Source: Epiperipatus broadwayi
Lineage: Eukaryota > Animalia > Onychophora
NCBI GenBank assembly: GCA_028023455.1
Contig: JAQFVV010000002.1
Location: 16,864,001-16,928,000 of the forward strand
DNA: 64,000 nucleotides
Direction of reading: 5' to 3'
Part shown: positions 62,396 to 64,000 of the stretch, piece by piece
How the letters are laid out: the number at the start of each line of letters is the position of its first letter
Position numbering within the stretch: the stretch's first letter is position 1
Notes under the pieces: model-generated
Told to the model about the DNA's origin: nothing
The model's input: the letters and a program-made list of their open reading frames with translations, nothing else
Databases searched by the model: none
Program-made: the position numbers and the translations under genes

Positions 62396-63256
62396 CTAAA
62401 TTTTCCATGTTTTGGCCTTTTTTTTAACATGGGATGTTTTGGCGGGGTTTTTTCAAGTCAGGTGACCCAAGTTCTAAATTTTTTCCATTTTCATGTACTT
62501 TTTTAGCACTTAGATGTGTCAGATGATGTTTTTGGTTGTTTTTGAAATTCAAAAAGAACACCGTTTCATTTTATCATTTATCTATTAAAATATTTTTAGT
62601 TATTTTATTTTTTATTAAAAACTTCCTTTTTTAAAAAACAAGAAAAAAGAATATTGTGAGAAATTTTTTGAATTTTGTCAAAGAAATTAATTTTTTTTAA
62701 CTAAAAATCAAAAGTTTACAAAAAAAAATGAAATATTTTTTAAATGTAATTTTAAAATAATAGGGTATAGTGGTTGTATTAAAGTTTATAAACTCAATAT
62801 GTAAATTACCAGATATGATATTATAAAAAAATTTTAAGAATCTGTTTAAAAATGATCTTTAACTCATATCCACTTTCTGCTCTAATCTTATTTTTGTTCC
62901 TACAAATTTAGTATCTGAGATGAAAGACAAGTCTGTGATAAAAATATGGTGGGATAATTTTTATTTTTGGAATAATAATTTCCTAATGCACATATAACAA
63001 CAACAATAATAATAATAATAATAATAATAATGATGATGATGATGTTTTTCAAATCATATTTTTTAGAATAAAATTTTAATAAACTTGCAAATAATGCCCT
63101 CTCGCATAAATTTTAATTCACTTAACTTCAATGTTATCACATAGATAATAAATTAATTATTGTTATACATAAGTTATGTGTGTTGATGATGAATGAAAAT
63201 TCAAAATTTTTTTTACACACATACATGTAATTAATGCAAATAAAAATTATGCTTAC

Positions 63257-63319
63257 TTTAATACTGTTGCAGCATCCATTATTTTTCCATCTTTAATAGC
63301 ATGTAAAATAATATCAGTT
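63257..63319 (-). CDS. Cad87A: Cad87A-like cadherin, membrane-proximal extracellular exon (gene continues beyond the window)
   Basis: tttttttttccag|A ACT GAT...TTA AA|gtaagc gives TDIILHAIKDGKIMDAATVL(N); phase 2-2. Fits the TD..IH.......V...ID pattern of this cadherin group. Confidence 0.88.
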
Positions 63320-63437
63320 CTGGAAAAAAAATTTTTTTTATTAAGAATTAATAAGAAAAGTAATATTAACTTCAATATGTAATATATATATATATGCTAC
63401 AAATAAAATGTCCATTAATTAAAAACTATTGTAATAA

Positions 63438-63619
63438 CAATAAAAATAATAAACATAATGGTAATTAACTATTATATATAGTTTTTCAATCCACAGAAGT
63501 GCTTTCAGTTTATTCCTTAACCTCAGTTGAGAAAGGTTAAGGAATTAACCAAAAGTACTTATGTGGATTGAAAGACTGTATATAATAGTTAATTACCATT
63601 ATGTTTATTATTTTTATTG
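63438..63619. repeat. Foldback element
   Basis: caataaaaataataaacataatggtaattaactattatata..ttcaatccaca.aagt and its reverse complement. Confidence 0.88.
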
Positions 63620-64000
63620 CTATATATTAAAATGAAGATTTTCACAGGCTACAGATTTAAGTAATACTATTTGGGTTCATCCATGTATAATTTGCTGTAC
63701 TAAAAATATATACTTTGACATTTTAGTTAGACCATACTAGCCATTAATTGAGTAATGAATATAGTAAAAATATGTTAGAGGCACTACAAACATGTGATGT
63801 ACAACAATATTGAAAATCCTACCAATAGAATACAGGTAGCAATAATAAAAATTAAAAACTATTTAGATTAACAGGTTTTTAAAAAATACTTCCAAATAAA
63901 AAATATTTTTCATTTTCATCATATTTGTTGGTACAATATTGCCTTTTAAAAAATATAAATAACACCTCTGATCTTATATTGTTAGAGAACATCATATCTA

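Overview
Very AT-rich eukaryotic (probably invertebrate) DNA. There are two convergent intron-rich host genes. On the + strand is the 3' end of a NUDT13/NudC-type Nudix hydrolase (2 exons, 677-9622). On the - strand is the 3' end of a Cad87A/cadherin-23-type cadherin: 7 small exons (63319 to 16491) that I spliced in phase into a membrane-proximal region, a TM helix and a cytoplasmic tail. Introns and the intergenic gap hold relics of Penelope-like elements (PLEs; RT and GIY-YIG, most followed by a hammerhead ribozyme, HHR), RTE-type LINEs, two hAT (GTF2IRD2/Buster-like) transposons, a tRNA-derived SINE and about 10 unrelated foldback elements. The most notable structure is a set of short non-coding element families with repeat units of 319-474 nt. 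Most share one insertion signature: no poly(A), a fixed 3' end, an inverted arm, head-to-tail concatemers and 10-14 bp TSDs (mostly 13). Two families carry intact type I hammerheads (retrozyme-like). A third, colinear 346-360 nt family has no recognisable ribozyme, yet its breakpoints cluster at one conserved hairpin, which suggests an unknown 5'-end-forming RNA motif. Three PLE hammerheads show a U3-A8 core instead of C3-G8. All calls come from manual reading; no searches or folding programs were run, and relic boundaries are approximate.
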